Both the position numbers and the translations under genes were made by a program. DNA of 64,000 nucleotides, taken from Octopus vulgaris. Its lineage: Eukaryota. Shown in pieces: positions 39,096-52,770 of the stretch. Numbering within the stretch: position 1 is the first letter of the stretch; each line of letters starts with the position of its first letter. Under the pieces are notes generated by a model. That model did not search any database, was not told where the DNA came from, and was given only the letters and a program-made list of their open reading frames with translations. The DNA lies in the NCBI GenBank assembly GCA_951406725.2, contig OX597816.1, positions 3,658,001-3,722,000 on the forward strand. The letters run 5' to 3'.

Positions 39096-40705
39096 AGCTA
39101 ATGAAAAGGAAATATACAAAAAAAAAAAAAAGTTGGAGTATTTATATTCCACCATTTTCCTTGATCGTACAGTTTATCCTAACAATAACCTTCTTTTCAA
39201 ATCTTGTTACATTAACTTCTTATGTTGTAACCGTCCGAAGTCTTGAGATCTCTTGGATGGATTGAATCCATTATCAAAGACCAAACGTTTGCACTATTCC
39301 ATGAGAGTACTAGTTATTCTTTTACAATATATCTCTATATTCCACGAGAATCGTATCTAATCCAAAGAAATACATTCTAATATTCCACAAAAATTCCTTT
39401 ATCCCTATGGAATATAGTCTTGTGGAATATGTTCCTATATTACATGAAAATACTTATTCTTATGCAACATATTCCTAAATTCTATCAGAATACTCTTTCT
39501 ATTGTCTTTAAGAATCTTATTCTTTACACCGTGCTATATTCTTGTTTAAGATGCATATCTTTTTCTTTGAAATTCTTATATTCAGTGAGAATGGTTATTA
39601 TTCCTTTGAACTATTTCCCACGTGAATCCTGTTTATTCCTGAATAACGTAAACCTATGTTCCATGAAAATCCTATACATTTTCATGTAATATATTGTTAT
39701 GTTCCATGAAAAATAATTTATGTGTGAAATTCGGAAAGGCTGGTGAATAGCTGAACGGAAAGAAAGTCGAACACCATACCCATTGCTGTGTCGCATCACT
39801 TCCTGTTGTGTTGACTTCGACTTTAACATACTTACTTCCGGTTGAATAAAATAAGTAACTGCTTTGTTGAAGGTCTTTGCACAACTCACAACAACCCAAC
39901 TATTTTGTAAAAACTTCCCCGCGGTAATCGTTGCTAACGCCAAACTCTTTAAATTTCAAATTCAAACCTTAAAATACTAGAAGCTCGTTCTGCCAAGTGT
40001 AACTCTCTTTCTCTGTGTCTGTCTCTTTGTCTCCCCCCACCCATCTGGACTTTTTGAGAATTTGGGATTTTCATGTAATTTTCATTTTACTTCGTATAAA
40101 AAGTCTGCTAATTTTAGAATTAGCCTCTTTGCAAATGGCAGATGCAATGTTTAAAAGAAAGCGTCAACCTAGAATAAAAACTTAATTCTATGTTCCTCAG
40201 TTAGCATACCTCTCGTTCTGTGAAGCTTCCCCAAATTATTTCTGATTAATTTAACTGATTTTCTACTTTACAGCATTTGATAACAACCTTCATACTTTCT
40301 TCCTTAATTTCTCCCTTTCTCATTCATTCCATATTTGTTTCATTTTTCTCTCTTTCCTTACTCTGGTCTTTTAATAATTCCCTCAATGCTTTCTTTTACC
40401 TTTTCTCTTTCTTTCATCCTAATTCGTATGTTGTTTTACTTTCCCATCTACCTCACCCCGTCTCTCTTTATCTACCTGGTTAACTATTAAGTTAACATAA
40501 TTTTTTTCTAATCAATCCATTTACATTTCTGACAGTTTATCTCTACTTTTTGAAGACCGTATTTAACTGATATCTTAAACTCTAAATATTCGAATTTACA
40601 TATCAATTAAATTTTCTTAGCAACCAGTAAAATGACTTACGTTAACGTTAGAAAGCTATTTAGAAATTGCTAAGATTTTCCTGTGATATATTTAGAACGT
40701 GGAAT

Positions 40706-40935
40706 GGCGGCGAGCTGGCAGAAACGTTAGCACGCCGGGCGAAAGGCTAAGCGGTATTTCGTCTGCCGTTACGTTCTGAGTTCAAATTCCGCCGACGTCG
40801 AATTTGCCTTTCATCCTTTTGGGATCGATTGAATAAGTACCAGTTACGCACCGGGGTCGATGTAATCGACTTAATCCCTTTGTCTGTCCTTGTTTGTCCC
40901 CTCTGTGTTTGGCCCCTTGTGGGTAGTAAAGAAAT
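40706..40935 (+). mobile_element. Meta-type SINE with TSD
   Basis: Flanks atatatttagaacgtgg and atatatttaaaacgtgg. Confidence 0.9.
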
Positions 40936-41470
40936 ATATATTTAAAACGTGGGTAAGTTCTTTTCTACGGATTTTTCATAGAAGTCGTAGCCAGGACTGA
41001 TCTTCTTGCATTTCATATCCGAGATATCAGATGTAAACAAACAAGGAGATCGAGAATGAAAAAAATAAAATTGGTAACGGGCGCACATGCCATGTTTCGC
41101 GTGTCCTTGCTCCTTCAGCAGCACTCATCTAATCGATTAATCACTCACGGACTCATTGGTTAAATAACCACTACAAACAGTGGTGCAACATTACTAGATT
41201 ATACAAATATGCATCTTAAACACATTCTTGGAAGCTGCTACTTAAATGTGAATGACTCCAAGGCACCCAGCATTTCGTTATAATATACGACAAAGTATAT
41301 TAAACGATTTTTAAAGTCAATTACCGCATTCTACTGAATCTGCATTGCACTTTAATTACGTGATCAGATCATCTCTACACATTTTCTGTTTAGAACGTGT
41401 AAAACAAGTTAACAGGTACTTGCTTTATCGACCCCGGAAGAATGAAAGGTAAAGCCGACTTCAGCGGAAT

Positions 41471-41701
41471 GGCGGCGAGCTGGCAGAAACGTTAGCACGA
41501 CGGGCGAAATGCTTGCCGGTATTTCGTCTGCCGTTACGTTCTGAGTTCAAATTCCGCCGAGGTCTACTTTGCCTTTCATCCTTTCGGGGTCGCTTAAATA
41601 AGTACCAGTTACGCACCGAGGTCGATGTAATCGACTTAATACCAATGTATGTCCTTGTTTGTCCCCTCTGTGTTCAGCCCCTTGTGGGTAGTAAAGAAAT
41701 A
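41471..41701 (+). mobile_element. Meta-type SINE
   Basis: Full-length match to 40706-40935. Confidence 0.9.
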
Positions 41702-42968
41702 ATAATAATAATGATAATAATAATGATGATAATAATTAATAATAAAAAGAAAAGCAAAATCTATATTCCGGTGCAGGAGGCGGCGACATTAGCGTATATT
41801 TAGTAAGTCTGTCGTTGAATGCTGATATGTTAAATACAAAATATAGTTTAGATTCGATTGATTTTTCTCCCACTCGTGTCAGTCTTTGTATAGCGACCAT
41901 ACTGTAGCACTGACTTCGGTTAACAATTACGAATATTTCACTAATGACTTCAATTCATAAAGACGAACTTATCAACTTCTTAATGTTTCTTCCTAAACAC
42001 ACGCCAGGCTTCCTGTCCATCTTCGTTAGATAAATTATTGATAGAACGAAACTACGCGGAGCAGAGCAGAGCAGAGCCGAGCAGGGTCGCTTATTTCGAT
42101 GGTTATTTCGTTTTCCATTCGTTTGCATCTACTAATGTATAATTCAGAATTCCTTTAGAAGATTAATTCTCAAGTTAAACACACGATATCACTTTATTAA
42201 ACATTTACAAATATCTGCCTATATTGCTCTGAGTATTTTCCTTGTAGAACACTATTTACGCGTAAGTTTTTTTTTCAAAATGAGAAATCGCTTTATTTTC
42301 CGCAGAGCACAATACAGCACCAAATAAGGACGACGTATGACGTCACCTCAATCGTATGAGCGACCCTTTCTCAACCAGATTATCTTCTACGATATAAACA
42401 TCAATCATTCAGTTAAAACTTCATAAAATATTATTCACTTCCATTAATAATAAATTCGGAATATGTAGCATCAATTAGTTTTATATTCTGTCATTTCTCA
42501 TGTTACTCCATGCCGTACGCCAATCCAGCCATGACCGACTAAAGCTCTTACTATTTCGCAACACGTCATTTATAGTGACTAACTTTAAAAGCTAATATTA
42601 AATTTATTATGAGCTTTCTTCAGCTCAGAATTGCAAACGATGTCACAAATCTCTCGGTGGCATAGTTTCCATTCAAGTAGGAACATGAACTTGCTAACAT
42701 TCACATTTGCACATCCTACGCACCTGTGCCTGAATATATATATATATAAATAAAACAAACAAACAAAGTGGAGTTGTAAGGTACCGCACGAGTGGAATTA
42801 TATATGAAAGAAGATTTGAAAATGCAATTAAACATCTTTTAAAATTGCATTTTCAAACCTTCTTTCATATATATATATATATATATAAGTTAATCCAAAC
42901 AAAAAAACACAACAACGCAAGGATGTGGAACAAATAAAGTATTATTGGACGCTAAGGGAAGAAGGAGG

Positions 42969-43003
42969 GTTTAACGTTTCGAGCGGAGCTCTTCGTCGGA
43001 AAC
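42969..43003 (-). ncRNA. Minimal type I hammerhead motif, U4C variant
   Basis: GTTT-CCGACGA-A-GAGC-TCC-GCTC-GAAACGTT-AAAC. Confidence 0.6.
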
Positions 43004-43055
43004 ATAGGAGAAGGAAAGATCCAGAGGAAAAAAAATCGCCGGTGGTACTCACGAG

Positions 43056-43093
<38 letters not shown>

Positions 43094-43291
43094 TATATAC
43101 ACACACGTGTGTTTAAATGTGTGTGTGTATATGAATGTATATATATATATATATATATATATACGTGTGTTTAAATATGTGTGTATATGAATGTATATAT
43201 GTAAATAAATATATATATACATACATATGTGTGTGTATATATGTTTGTGTGTATGCGTGTGTATTCATATATATACGTGTATACATGTTTA

Positions 43292-43329
<38 letters not shown>

Positions 43330-43939
43330 GATACTAGGATACGCTCATAAACACACTTGCGTACACACACACACACACACACGCGCGCGCGCGCAAACAC
43401 TGCCTACATAGATATTCTCTGCTGAGACTTCACTCCGTTTTTGTAAATCCTCCCTCACGCATACGTCAACTTGTAATCTTTTTTGTCGATCTCTCATTTA
43501 TGGTAAGAATTTACAAGGAACCTGAGATACCAAGGATATGTAGGTGTATACCAAAAGCACGAATAATGCAAAATACAGGAAGTGTGTCATATTAGCGGAG
43601 AAAAAAATATATCTAAAATATGTAACCATATTAAAACGGTGACGGTGGATTTCTGCCTCTTTTCATAAATTTCACCTTTGAGTGGCATTTCTGTAACAAA
43701 CAGGGGTTGATAAGTCAAGATTGCTTTAGGGTACAGCGTATATTGACTTTCGGAGAGGATCTTTCATGTCAGCTCTCTTGAAATTTCTTTCCTTCCCCCA
43801 ATACGGCAATTTTAGCGATTGATTTTACGTCAATGGAAATAGTTGCTAAACCAAGAAATGTCATTTCGGTGGAACACATCTGGGAATTGGTAATTTTTCA
43901 CCACACATGTTAGCAGAAATCTGATCTTGTTTGGTTAGT

Positions 43940-44159
43940 CTTTTACTCTTTTACTTGTTTCCGTCATTTGACTGCGGCCATGCTGGAGCACCGCCTTTAA
44001 TCGAGCAACTCGACCCCGGGACTTATTCTTTTTGTAAGCCCAGTACTTATTCTATCGGTCTCTTTTGCCGAACCGATAAGTAACGGGGACATAAACACAC
44101 CAGCATCGGTTGTCAAGCAATGCTAAGGGGACAAACACAGACACACAAACACACACACA

Positions 44160-44206
<47 letters not shown>

Positions 44207-44367
44207 GACAGGCTTCTTTCAGTTTCCGTCTACCAAATCCACCCACAAGGCTTTGGTCGGCCCGAGGCTATATTAGAAGACACTTGCCCAAGGTGCCACG
44301 CAGTGGGACTGAACCCGGAAGTATGTGGTTGGTAAACAAGCTACTTACCACACAGCCACTCCTGCGC
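43940..44367 (-). mobile_element. SINE, family A
   Basis: Full-length copy. Confidence 0.9.
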
Positions 44368-44766
44368 CGGTTGTCTGCTTCTTACATCAAATAACCCTCC
44401 TGAATCGTATAAACAAGTTTATTTCATTTCACCTTCATAGACTTGTACATTGTTAATAGTGAAATATTTTGTTGGCCAGATGCATGTCATAGCGATTTTC
44501 ACCAAGTCCTGTTAAATTCTTTCTGGATAATAGCCACAACCTCAGCCCTAATTGGTCGGCTCATCGAGGTTTGTCATTTACTGACCAAGATTTAGAAAAA
44601 AAAAAACTGAATACGCGCAAACTGAGCTGAGCGATTAAGAAGCCCCCTTTAAGCCAGTGGTTCAGTCCATTGTGTGGCACATGGAGTCAATGCCTTATAC
44701 TACAATCCCGGGTCGACCAATGCATTGGGAATGAACTTGGTAGACAAAAACCATGGAATTCCGTTA

Positions 44767-44816
<50 letters not shown>

Positions 44817-45494
44817 CTTTTGTGTGCACCCCTCACCCGATTGACAATCGGTTCGGCGAAAGACATCAATAGATAAAAACCAGACTTAATAAGTACTTGG
44901 TTCTATTTCTTCGACGAAACCCTTCAAGGCCATGTCCCCCAAAATGGTCGCAGTCTAATGAACGAAACCAGTAAGAAGTAAATGATGAAATTTCAAGTGG
45001 ATTTTTTATGTGTCGCATCATTCCTGCCATAATAAATCTTCTCACGGCCGTTACAGACATCAATTCTGCGAGACAGAGTATACAGTTAGACTATTCTTCT
45101 ACGGTTGCAATTTTAATCGGTCAAAGAATCTGAAATTAAATTATAAGTTATAATTAACGCGGAGCAAATTAACAAACCTGAAGTATAAGACTTGAATAAA
45201 TAGGGCCTTTATAAGCTGTTTACACTTGGTTTGTATTAAAGTTAATAACCATTGAAGTTGCACAACGACATTATTAATACCACGGAGACACCCTTCCTTC
45301 ACATGCACACCTACGCTATGTGTGTGTGTGCATAGAGATAAATAAATAATTAAGCTAGTTATACGAATAATAAATATATATAATGTTAACTTTTGCAAAG
45401 AAAAGCTTGGCATTGACTTTGACGTTTCGGTTTGTTTGTCTTCATCACACAAATTGTTATAAGGATTCTGAGGCGTTTTATTAGTTCGGACATC

Positions 45495-46440
45495 ACAGCT
45501 TTGGTTATCAAAACGTTGTTCAGTACATCTCCACACTATCTTCTTTCAATCTTCCTGCTTATCAGTCGCTATGTTGTTGGACTCGCAATTATCCCGGAGA
45601 AATAGTTTTTGGCAGTTTGTGCACAATTTGTATACAATACTTAGGCATGCAATGATTTTCTACAGAGGGGACATATTTATTCTTTGCTACAAGACTCGTC
45701 CGTGTTACAGCAAACAATCTGATATGTCAGTCTGGGCTTCTACAGTGCTTTAAAAACACTTATTAGAGGCATTCTGTTAAAAGTTTGCCTTTTATCAATA
45801 TCCAACTATTAGGTCCCTTCTAGGTGCCTTCTCATTATCCAGTTTGCCTACAGCTATGATGAAATTTTCAGGGTCGACTGTATACTTTTTACTGTCGATG
45901 CTGGTTCACTATTCTTTCGTAATTGAATTTAGCCACAGTGTATTCCAGATCTTAGACCCGAATGATTGTTCTTGAGAATGGCCCTTCTTAACGGCAATAT
46001 TTCCTTTCTCCCGTTATAATTCCTGTCGACTGGAAGCAAACGTATACTTTATACTGGTCAGAAACTTTCGACCGTAAAAAAGTTTTTCTCTCAACGTCCT
46101 ATTTTTGTGCTTTAAACTAACAGCCTGGAGTGAAGGTTCGCCGTAGAGTGTTATATTTTTTTGCTTAAGATGTAACTGGGGACGTGTGACGTCATTATTC
46201 TCCTGACATTTTATTTCGTCAGTTAATCATCCAATATGGTGGTGCAGCTTGTTGATGGTTTCTTCAAGTTTTATTTTCCTTCCTTGTTACTTCCGTATAA
46301 TAATTTCGGTACCTAGACTTTAGATTTCTCTTCGATGTACTTTAAGCGTGAAAGCAGCTGCTTGTTTGAAGGTGTTAATATTTCAGTAATCCACACAACA
46401 TCAATTCCTGTGTTCTTCCACAACATCATCAATAACCTAC
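45495..46440 (-). mobile_element. Degraded R4/Dong-like LINE, N-terminal RT region
   Basis: Minus-strand remnants KLDNEKAPRRDLIVGY, RTSLVAKNK, IACLSIVYKLCT and WRCTEQ resemble the KAPGxD and PIxCLxxxYK RT motifs. Confidence 0.65.
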
Positions 46441-46876
46441 AGTATGAGAGCAGTTGGGCGTTTTATTTACTCTTGTTAAAAATGACATCGCTCAATAACA
46501 GCGTTCCGAGGCTATAGTAGAAGATACTTTCCCAAGATGCCACGCACTGGGACTGAAACCAGAACCATGTAGTTGAGAAACAAGCTACATACCACACAGC
46601 CACACCTGTGCCTTTGTGTATGTTTGTATAGATTATGCATGTGTGTGTGTGTGTGTGTGTGTTTGCATGTTTATACATGTAATATATGAGTTAAGTATCT
46701 ATACATAAAATTTGGCTGAATATATATTTATGGATGAGTGTTCTGGCTCAGTCGGATGCGCAAGGAGCTGTGTTAGCGTTGATTTGTGGGTTCGATTCTA
46801 GCTGGAGTTAGTTCATTAGTTTTCAATCAATTATTTAGATAAATGTGGCTTTAATCGCCTCCGGATTTATTTATAA

Positions 46877-46912
<36 letters not shown>

Positions 46913-47211
46913 TGCTGCTACTGCAATTTCGGCCACTGGTCGTTTGCCCAACTTTAATCAACACACAAGACAGCTATTATGCTCTCCACAACAAAAAAAA
47001 AAACACCCGTGGATTCTGTTGAGACTAGTAAGAAACAATTATGAACTTTTTTATTACACTTTTAAAAATATTTTTGATACGGTTCGTTTTTTCAAGAAGA
47101 ACCGAAACGTAAAATTTCTAAGAAAATTAAAATTTATCTTATATAGTGGCGTTTTCAAACTTCTTTTTTATAAATATATACCCACTCGTATACACTTTTT
47201 ATACACACACA

Positions 47212-47255
<44 letters not shown>

Positions 47256-47315
47256 CACACATATATATATATATATTTTTTACATACACACACAGACATA
47301 CATATATATATATAC

Positions 47316-47362
<47 letters not shown>

Positions 47363-49399
47363 GTACGTGTGTGTGTCCTTCCGTATATATTCACATATAC
47401 ACTTCAATATACATACACACGTGCACACCATATAAAATGATTCCAAATTACCAGTGATGCTATCGTGAAGAATGGCAGAAGTAAAAGTAACTAAACTTGT
47501 GATGGGTGTTAGCAGCAGCAGTTGTTGTTGTCGTAAGAAAATGATAATATAAAACATGTGAATAGATAGAGAAATAAATAAAAGGTAAGATGCCAATATG
47601 TCTTGAAAAGAATTGCTGATATATATTGAATAGGAGTAATCTTTTAAATGTTATGTTGGTCGCTTAGAACTGCTTAAAATTTCAGTCATTGAAATGAGGG
47701 CGAAACATTTTTCTATATTTCTTCCACGTCTGCATAGAAACATCTACCTTCATAGCAACATAAATAGATACCTGCAATTATATTATTGAATCACGTGTAA
47801 TATTTATTCAAAAATACAGCCTTGAAAGAAGAAAAAGTTAGAGGTAAAACTGTGCTAAAGATGCCACGTTTTCATGAAGCCAATTATTTTTTAATGCAGA
47901 ACAATACGAATAGTGATACGAACGGAATATTTTGAACAGTTTAATCTAAAATCTTTCCACCTACATACGCCCACGCAGGCCATCGTATTTATGATAAGAA
48001 ATTGATTTAGAAACGTTGAAGCAAGTATTTATATTTAAACTCTGTGCAGATACGAGATGTCGAGAAATTTAAGCGAATCTTCAACCAGTAAATTATGTTT
48101 ATAGATCCTGTGTATCCTTTCAAAAAGCGAGGGTTTTTGGATAGAACGAGTTGTGAAGTAATTGGATAGAGACTAGGTTGTTTCGGCAGAAAGTTAGAGG
48201 AAATATGCTGGCGTGCTTAGAAAATGGGAAATAATTAAAGATTAGGGTAAATATCGATAACACTCCACCCACACGTAAACTGATAGACTGTTAATTATTA
48301 AAGTTAAATATACATGCTGGGGTTTCGACTGGCAGTTCAATTGAAATACAGATCGATACTATAGATAAATCCATAGATCTGAATGAACGATGATTGTAGA
48401 GATAGTTCATTAGTTAAATCAATAATAGGATGCGATGTAGAGAGATAAGGGATACGGAGATTTAAACACGTTCATGGATTGAAATATTCACGAGGTTATG
48501 TTGATGCTGTTTGTATATAAAACAGCTCGGAATATCTGATTTGTGGGATGCGTATCTGTCTGTAGATGCGTGGATAAGGGTCTCGTACTTAGGGAATTGA
48601 GTAATGGAATCAGGGGAAAATGAACGCAATATGCTTAAAAGGAATAAATTGTGTACGAAAGGGAGAGGAGGGAAAATGACTGAGGAAAAGAGAGAAGCAG
48701 TGTAAGGAGAAAGAAAAGGAGTTAGGTAAGCGGGGGGTGGGGGTGGGGGCTGGGTGGGTTAAACATTTTTAGGTGTGTATGGAAACGATAATAACTCTTC
48801 AAAATAAACATGTAACATGTATTCTCATAATGTTTTTCCCTCCGCCCAAAATATGTATCTTTTAATTCTATCTCCTCCTCTTCTTACCGGGCGGGATGTA
48901 TTCCTCATGGCAACGCTAATGGTGATTGTAGCCGCGATTAAACGGGTTCTCAGTCGGAAGTTTACCAGTGATAAAGCAACTGAAATACTGTTAGCCCCCA
49001 CACCCTTGATGACGATGGTAGTGGCGGTGGTGGTGGTTGTGGTGGCGTGTTGGGATTATATTCTAATGGTTACCTGTGGAAGAAATATAACTTAGGAAGA
49101 AGTGATTACAGTTGCTGCGGTTGTTGTTGTTGTTGCTGCTGCTGCTTGATATGCACTTGGTGATGTGGAATAAATATGTATATATGTTGCATTAATCGGT
49201 TGAGATGCTTGCTGCGCCTCCCTCTCAAATATTTTCATCATATTCTCTCATGGAGCTTAAAATATGTTGTATGAGAGCCAGGAAAAGATTAACCAACATT
49301 ATCACTGGGGGAAAAAAACATGAATTGCGAAAACGCAATGGTCGCCGACGTGATGATGATGATGATGATAATAATAATTATAATAGCAGTTTTAAATTT

Positions 49400-49750
49400 T
49401 GGCAGAATGCGAGCAAGTTTGTAGGAGGGTTTAAATCGATTAAATCGATCCCTGTGCCCCTACTGGTACTTACTTTATCGACTACAAAATGATGAAGGGT
49501 AAAGTTGGCCTCGTTGGATTTTGAACTCAGAACGTAGCAGCAGACGAAATACCTATTTCTTTTACTACCCACAAGACGCTAAACACACAGAGAGGACAAA
49601 CAAGGACAGACAAACGGATTAAATCGATTATATCGACCCCAGTGCGTAACTGGTACTTATTTAATCAACCCAGGAAGGATGAAAGGCAAAGTCACCTCAG
49701 CGGAATTTGAACTCAGAAGGTAACGGCAGACGAAATAGCGCTAAGCACTT
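49400..49750 (-). mobile_element. 5'-truncated Meta-type SINE with two modules
   Basis: Two Meta-like domains. Confidence 0.8.
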
Positions 49751-50493
49751 TTTATAGCCTTAAAATATATTTATCCCTCACCCCACTTAACACAACTAAA
49801 TTTTCCTACCCTTATAACTTTGAACAGTTTTTTTCAACTCTATAGAGAAACAGTTCACACATTTGTCGTCTCTCAATGGTCTTGAACTAAATTTATCTGG
49901 ATTTTTATAGCCTTGATCTCATTTTGCCGGGCTCTTTGTTGTCTTCTATCGGCGTAACTCCTTTTTAGAGTTCTGCAGAGGGGCTAGGAAGATTAATGCA
50001 ATGTTTTTTTTTTTACTAACGTAGAGTAATTTATATATGAATGTTAGCATTAATGTCGAAGATACGTGAATACTTTGCCCTTTACCTGATATAATCAAAT
50101 GGAACCCCGTGGAGACGTGGAATTGGTATAATCGCCTTTGTTGCTAATTTTGTTGTAACATCGTTTGCTTAGATACAAGGACTGAAAAGATCAAAACGAG
50201 GAAAATACATTTATTATCTGATATTTATATCTCTGTGAAAGGCACTGAAGACAGCAGAGTGGCAGATTGGAATATGCGGTTTTCTGCTGTTGGCGGTTCA
50301 ATAATTATCGTTTATTTGGTCTCTGTTTATGTATAATTCGTGTTAATAACTCAGCATTCCGGAAACTTCCACCTGCCGAATGGGATTTCCTTTTAGGGCT
50401 GAATTGACAATAGCAAATGAGATTTAGCTGTGGGGTTCAACATATAAATAAAAACTGAGACATAATAACAGGAAACAACACGTTATTATCTAT

Positions 50494-50529
<36 letters not shown>

Positions 50530-50534
50530 TATAT

Positions 50535-50620
<86 letters not shown>

Positions 50621-50717
50621 CGGGAAGCTTTATGAAAATAAACAAAAGACGAAGGCAGGTGGAAAACAAACGAACAATTGTATTAGTATGGCGCTCAGGA
50701 AATATAAATAAAACAAG

Positions 50718-50755
50718 TCTTTAACGTTTCGAGCCTACGCTCTTCAACAGAAAGA
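50718..50755 (-). ncRNA. Minimal type I hammerhead motif, A6U variant
   Basis: TCTTT-CTGTTGA-A-GAGC-GTAG-GCTC-GAAACGTT-AAAGA. Confidence 0.55.
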
Positions 50756-51222
50756 TACACAGAGAGAGAAAAACACAGAAAGAAGGAGAGAAAAAAATGC
50801 GTGCAGTAGCTAACGAATCAACATGGCGATCAGCTATGAGCTATCAACTCACTTTTATCTTTTATTCAAAATAGACAGTCTTTTAGTCTTAGATTTAATA
50901 GTCGATAAGTACATGAATGAATTACAATCCTTTCCAACACTATGACACCAATAGGCTTCATGCCATTCTTCGAAGTGTAGTCTATTCTTAGCTACAATAG
51001 CGACAAGATGAATTTCTTCCATCTTCTGGCTCAGTTAATATATTTGAGAAAAATTATATTTATATGTCCGACTGGTAAAAATTCTATTTATTCGTGGAGC
51101 TGAAGATCTGAAGATGGTACTGCATTTAATTTGATGTAATGATTGCATTGTTCAATTAAATTGAAGCCGCTTGAAACGGTCGTACTGTACCACTACTTGA
51201 TAACCTGTTGCTTTTATTTTGC

Positions 51223-51259
<37 letters not shown>

Positions 51260-51354
51260 TCGCTTAGGCATTGCGTGACTAGTAACCTGGTGTAGAACTC
51301 TGTATATTTATGCCTCAGAACGAAGCCTTAGTCAAGTGTAGAGGAGTAATGAGA

Positions 51355-51640
51355 AAGAGAAATGAGAAAGGAATAAATGATTATCTTATGAACTTCATTA
51401 GCTTACAGCTGTTTCTGGACTCATAGTTGAGTGCCTGAATTACATCGTATAATTTCGTCGGAGCCTCGATTATGAATTGCAATTTATTAATAAACTGCAC
51501 TTCATATTCTAGGCTCTGATGGAGCTATAAGATGTTACTCAAGCACTCAACTATGAGTACACTGTACCTATAGCAGAAACAGCTGTAACCTAATGAAATT
51601 CATAAGATAATCGTCTATTCCTTTATAATCTCATTTTCTT
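51355..51640. repeat. Spacer-less palindrome of two head-to-head degenerate hammerhead units
   Basis: Arms mirror about ttattaataa (~51484-51493); plus arm AGGCT-CTGATGG...GAAA-CAGCTGTA-ACCT, minus arm GGCT-CCGACGA...GAAA-CAGCTGTA-AGCT. Confidence 0.75.
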
Positions 51641-52317
51641 ATATACACAGAGGTTAAATCAGGAATAAAAACAACAGGAAAAAGGAGCATCACGTACCCT
51701 GTAAATATATTTGATTGACGCCAAGTGAACGATTTAATTGGGAAAATGAGTGTGACGTTTCGGGCATGGCTCTTTGTCGGAGAGAGGAAAAGTTCAGCGA
51801 GAAGGGAAAAGGAAGAAGAGTCCGAGGAAAGTATTTCAGCCGATTTTAGCTAACGGTTTTTCACACCAGTTTTGGGAAAACTCAATAATGACACTTACCA
51901 GGAAGGCTGGTGAGAGTTAAAACTGCCTAAAAATCGAGAACAAAGCAAGCAACAATACTGATGTGGATAATCAAAGCTCATGTGAAAATATGTAAAAATT
52001 ATTTATTTAAACAGATTTACAAACTGTTTATTAAAACAACTAATAAATTTTTTAAAGTAAAGTTTTCGTGTTACAACGTGTTTCGTGTTAAATTGCATGT
52101 CTTGGAATCAATTACCGACGTAAGTTGAGGTAAGCAGATACATGGCAATTGGGATACAATAGTAGGGAATAACGTATAAATAACTGTTTGATTTTTATTT
52201 TCTTCACAAGAATCTTTCGTTTAATTGAATTAGAATTAGGCTGTCGGGGGAGTTTTAAAGTCATTAGGCAAGATTTGGGTAGATTATCTCTATTGAAGAA
52301 AACAAGTATTTGTTTAA

Positions 52318-52770
52318 ATTATTTATATTTGATGGGTATTTGTCCCCATCTTGTTTGTTGTTAACACAACGTTTCAGCTGATGTACCCTCCAGCCTCCTT
52401 CAGGTGTCTTGGGGAAATTTCGAACCTGGGTTCTCATTCCTAAGGTATTTTTCGATGTTGTTGTTGAGGTCACTGCTTGGAATCGAACTCGGAATCTTGG
52501 GGTTAGTAGCCCACTCTCTTAACCACTGCGCCATATGCCTGTAGTGGTTAAGAGCGCGGGCTACGAACCTCAAGATTCCGAGTTCGATTCCAGGCAGTGA
52601 CCTGAATAATAATGATAATCACAATAATAACATCAAAAAATACCTTAGGAATGAGAACCCAGGTTCAAAATTTCGCCAAGACACCTGATGACGGCTGGAG
52701 GGTATATCAGCTAACACGTTGTGTTAACAACAAACAAGATGAGGACAAATATCCGTCAAATGTAAATAAT
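52318..52770. mobile_element. Head-to-head inverted dimer of a tRNA-headed, hammerhead-carrying short element
   Basis: Minus copy 52318-52540 and plus copy 52541-52770; each has a tRNA-like head, an (AAT/AAC)n linker and a hammerhead motif (52363-52408 minus; 52680-52725 plus). Confidence 0.85.

Noticed and set aside
52211-52310. Candidate globin exon 2 (R-IFRLIELELG)
   Set aside because: No C2 Pro or CD1 Phe pattern, and it runs into a repeat.
52468-52602. Functional tRNA genes
   Set aside because: Acceptor stems are poor and the heads are fused to repeat bodies; the same applies to 46740-46808.
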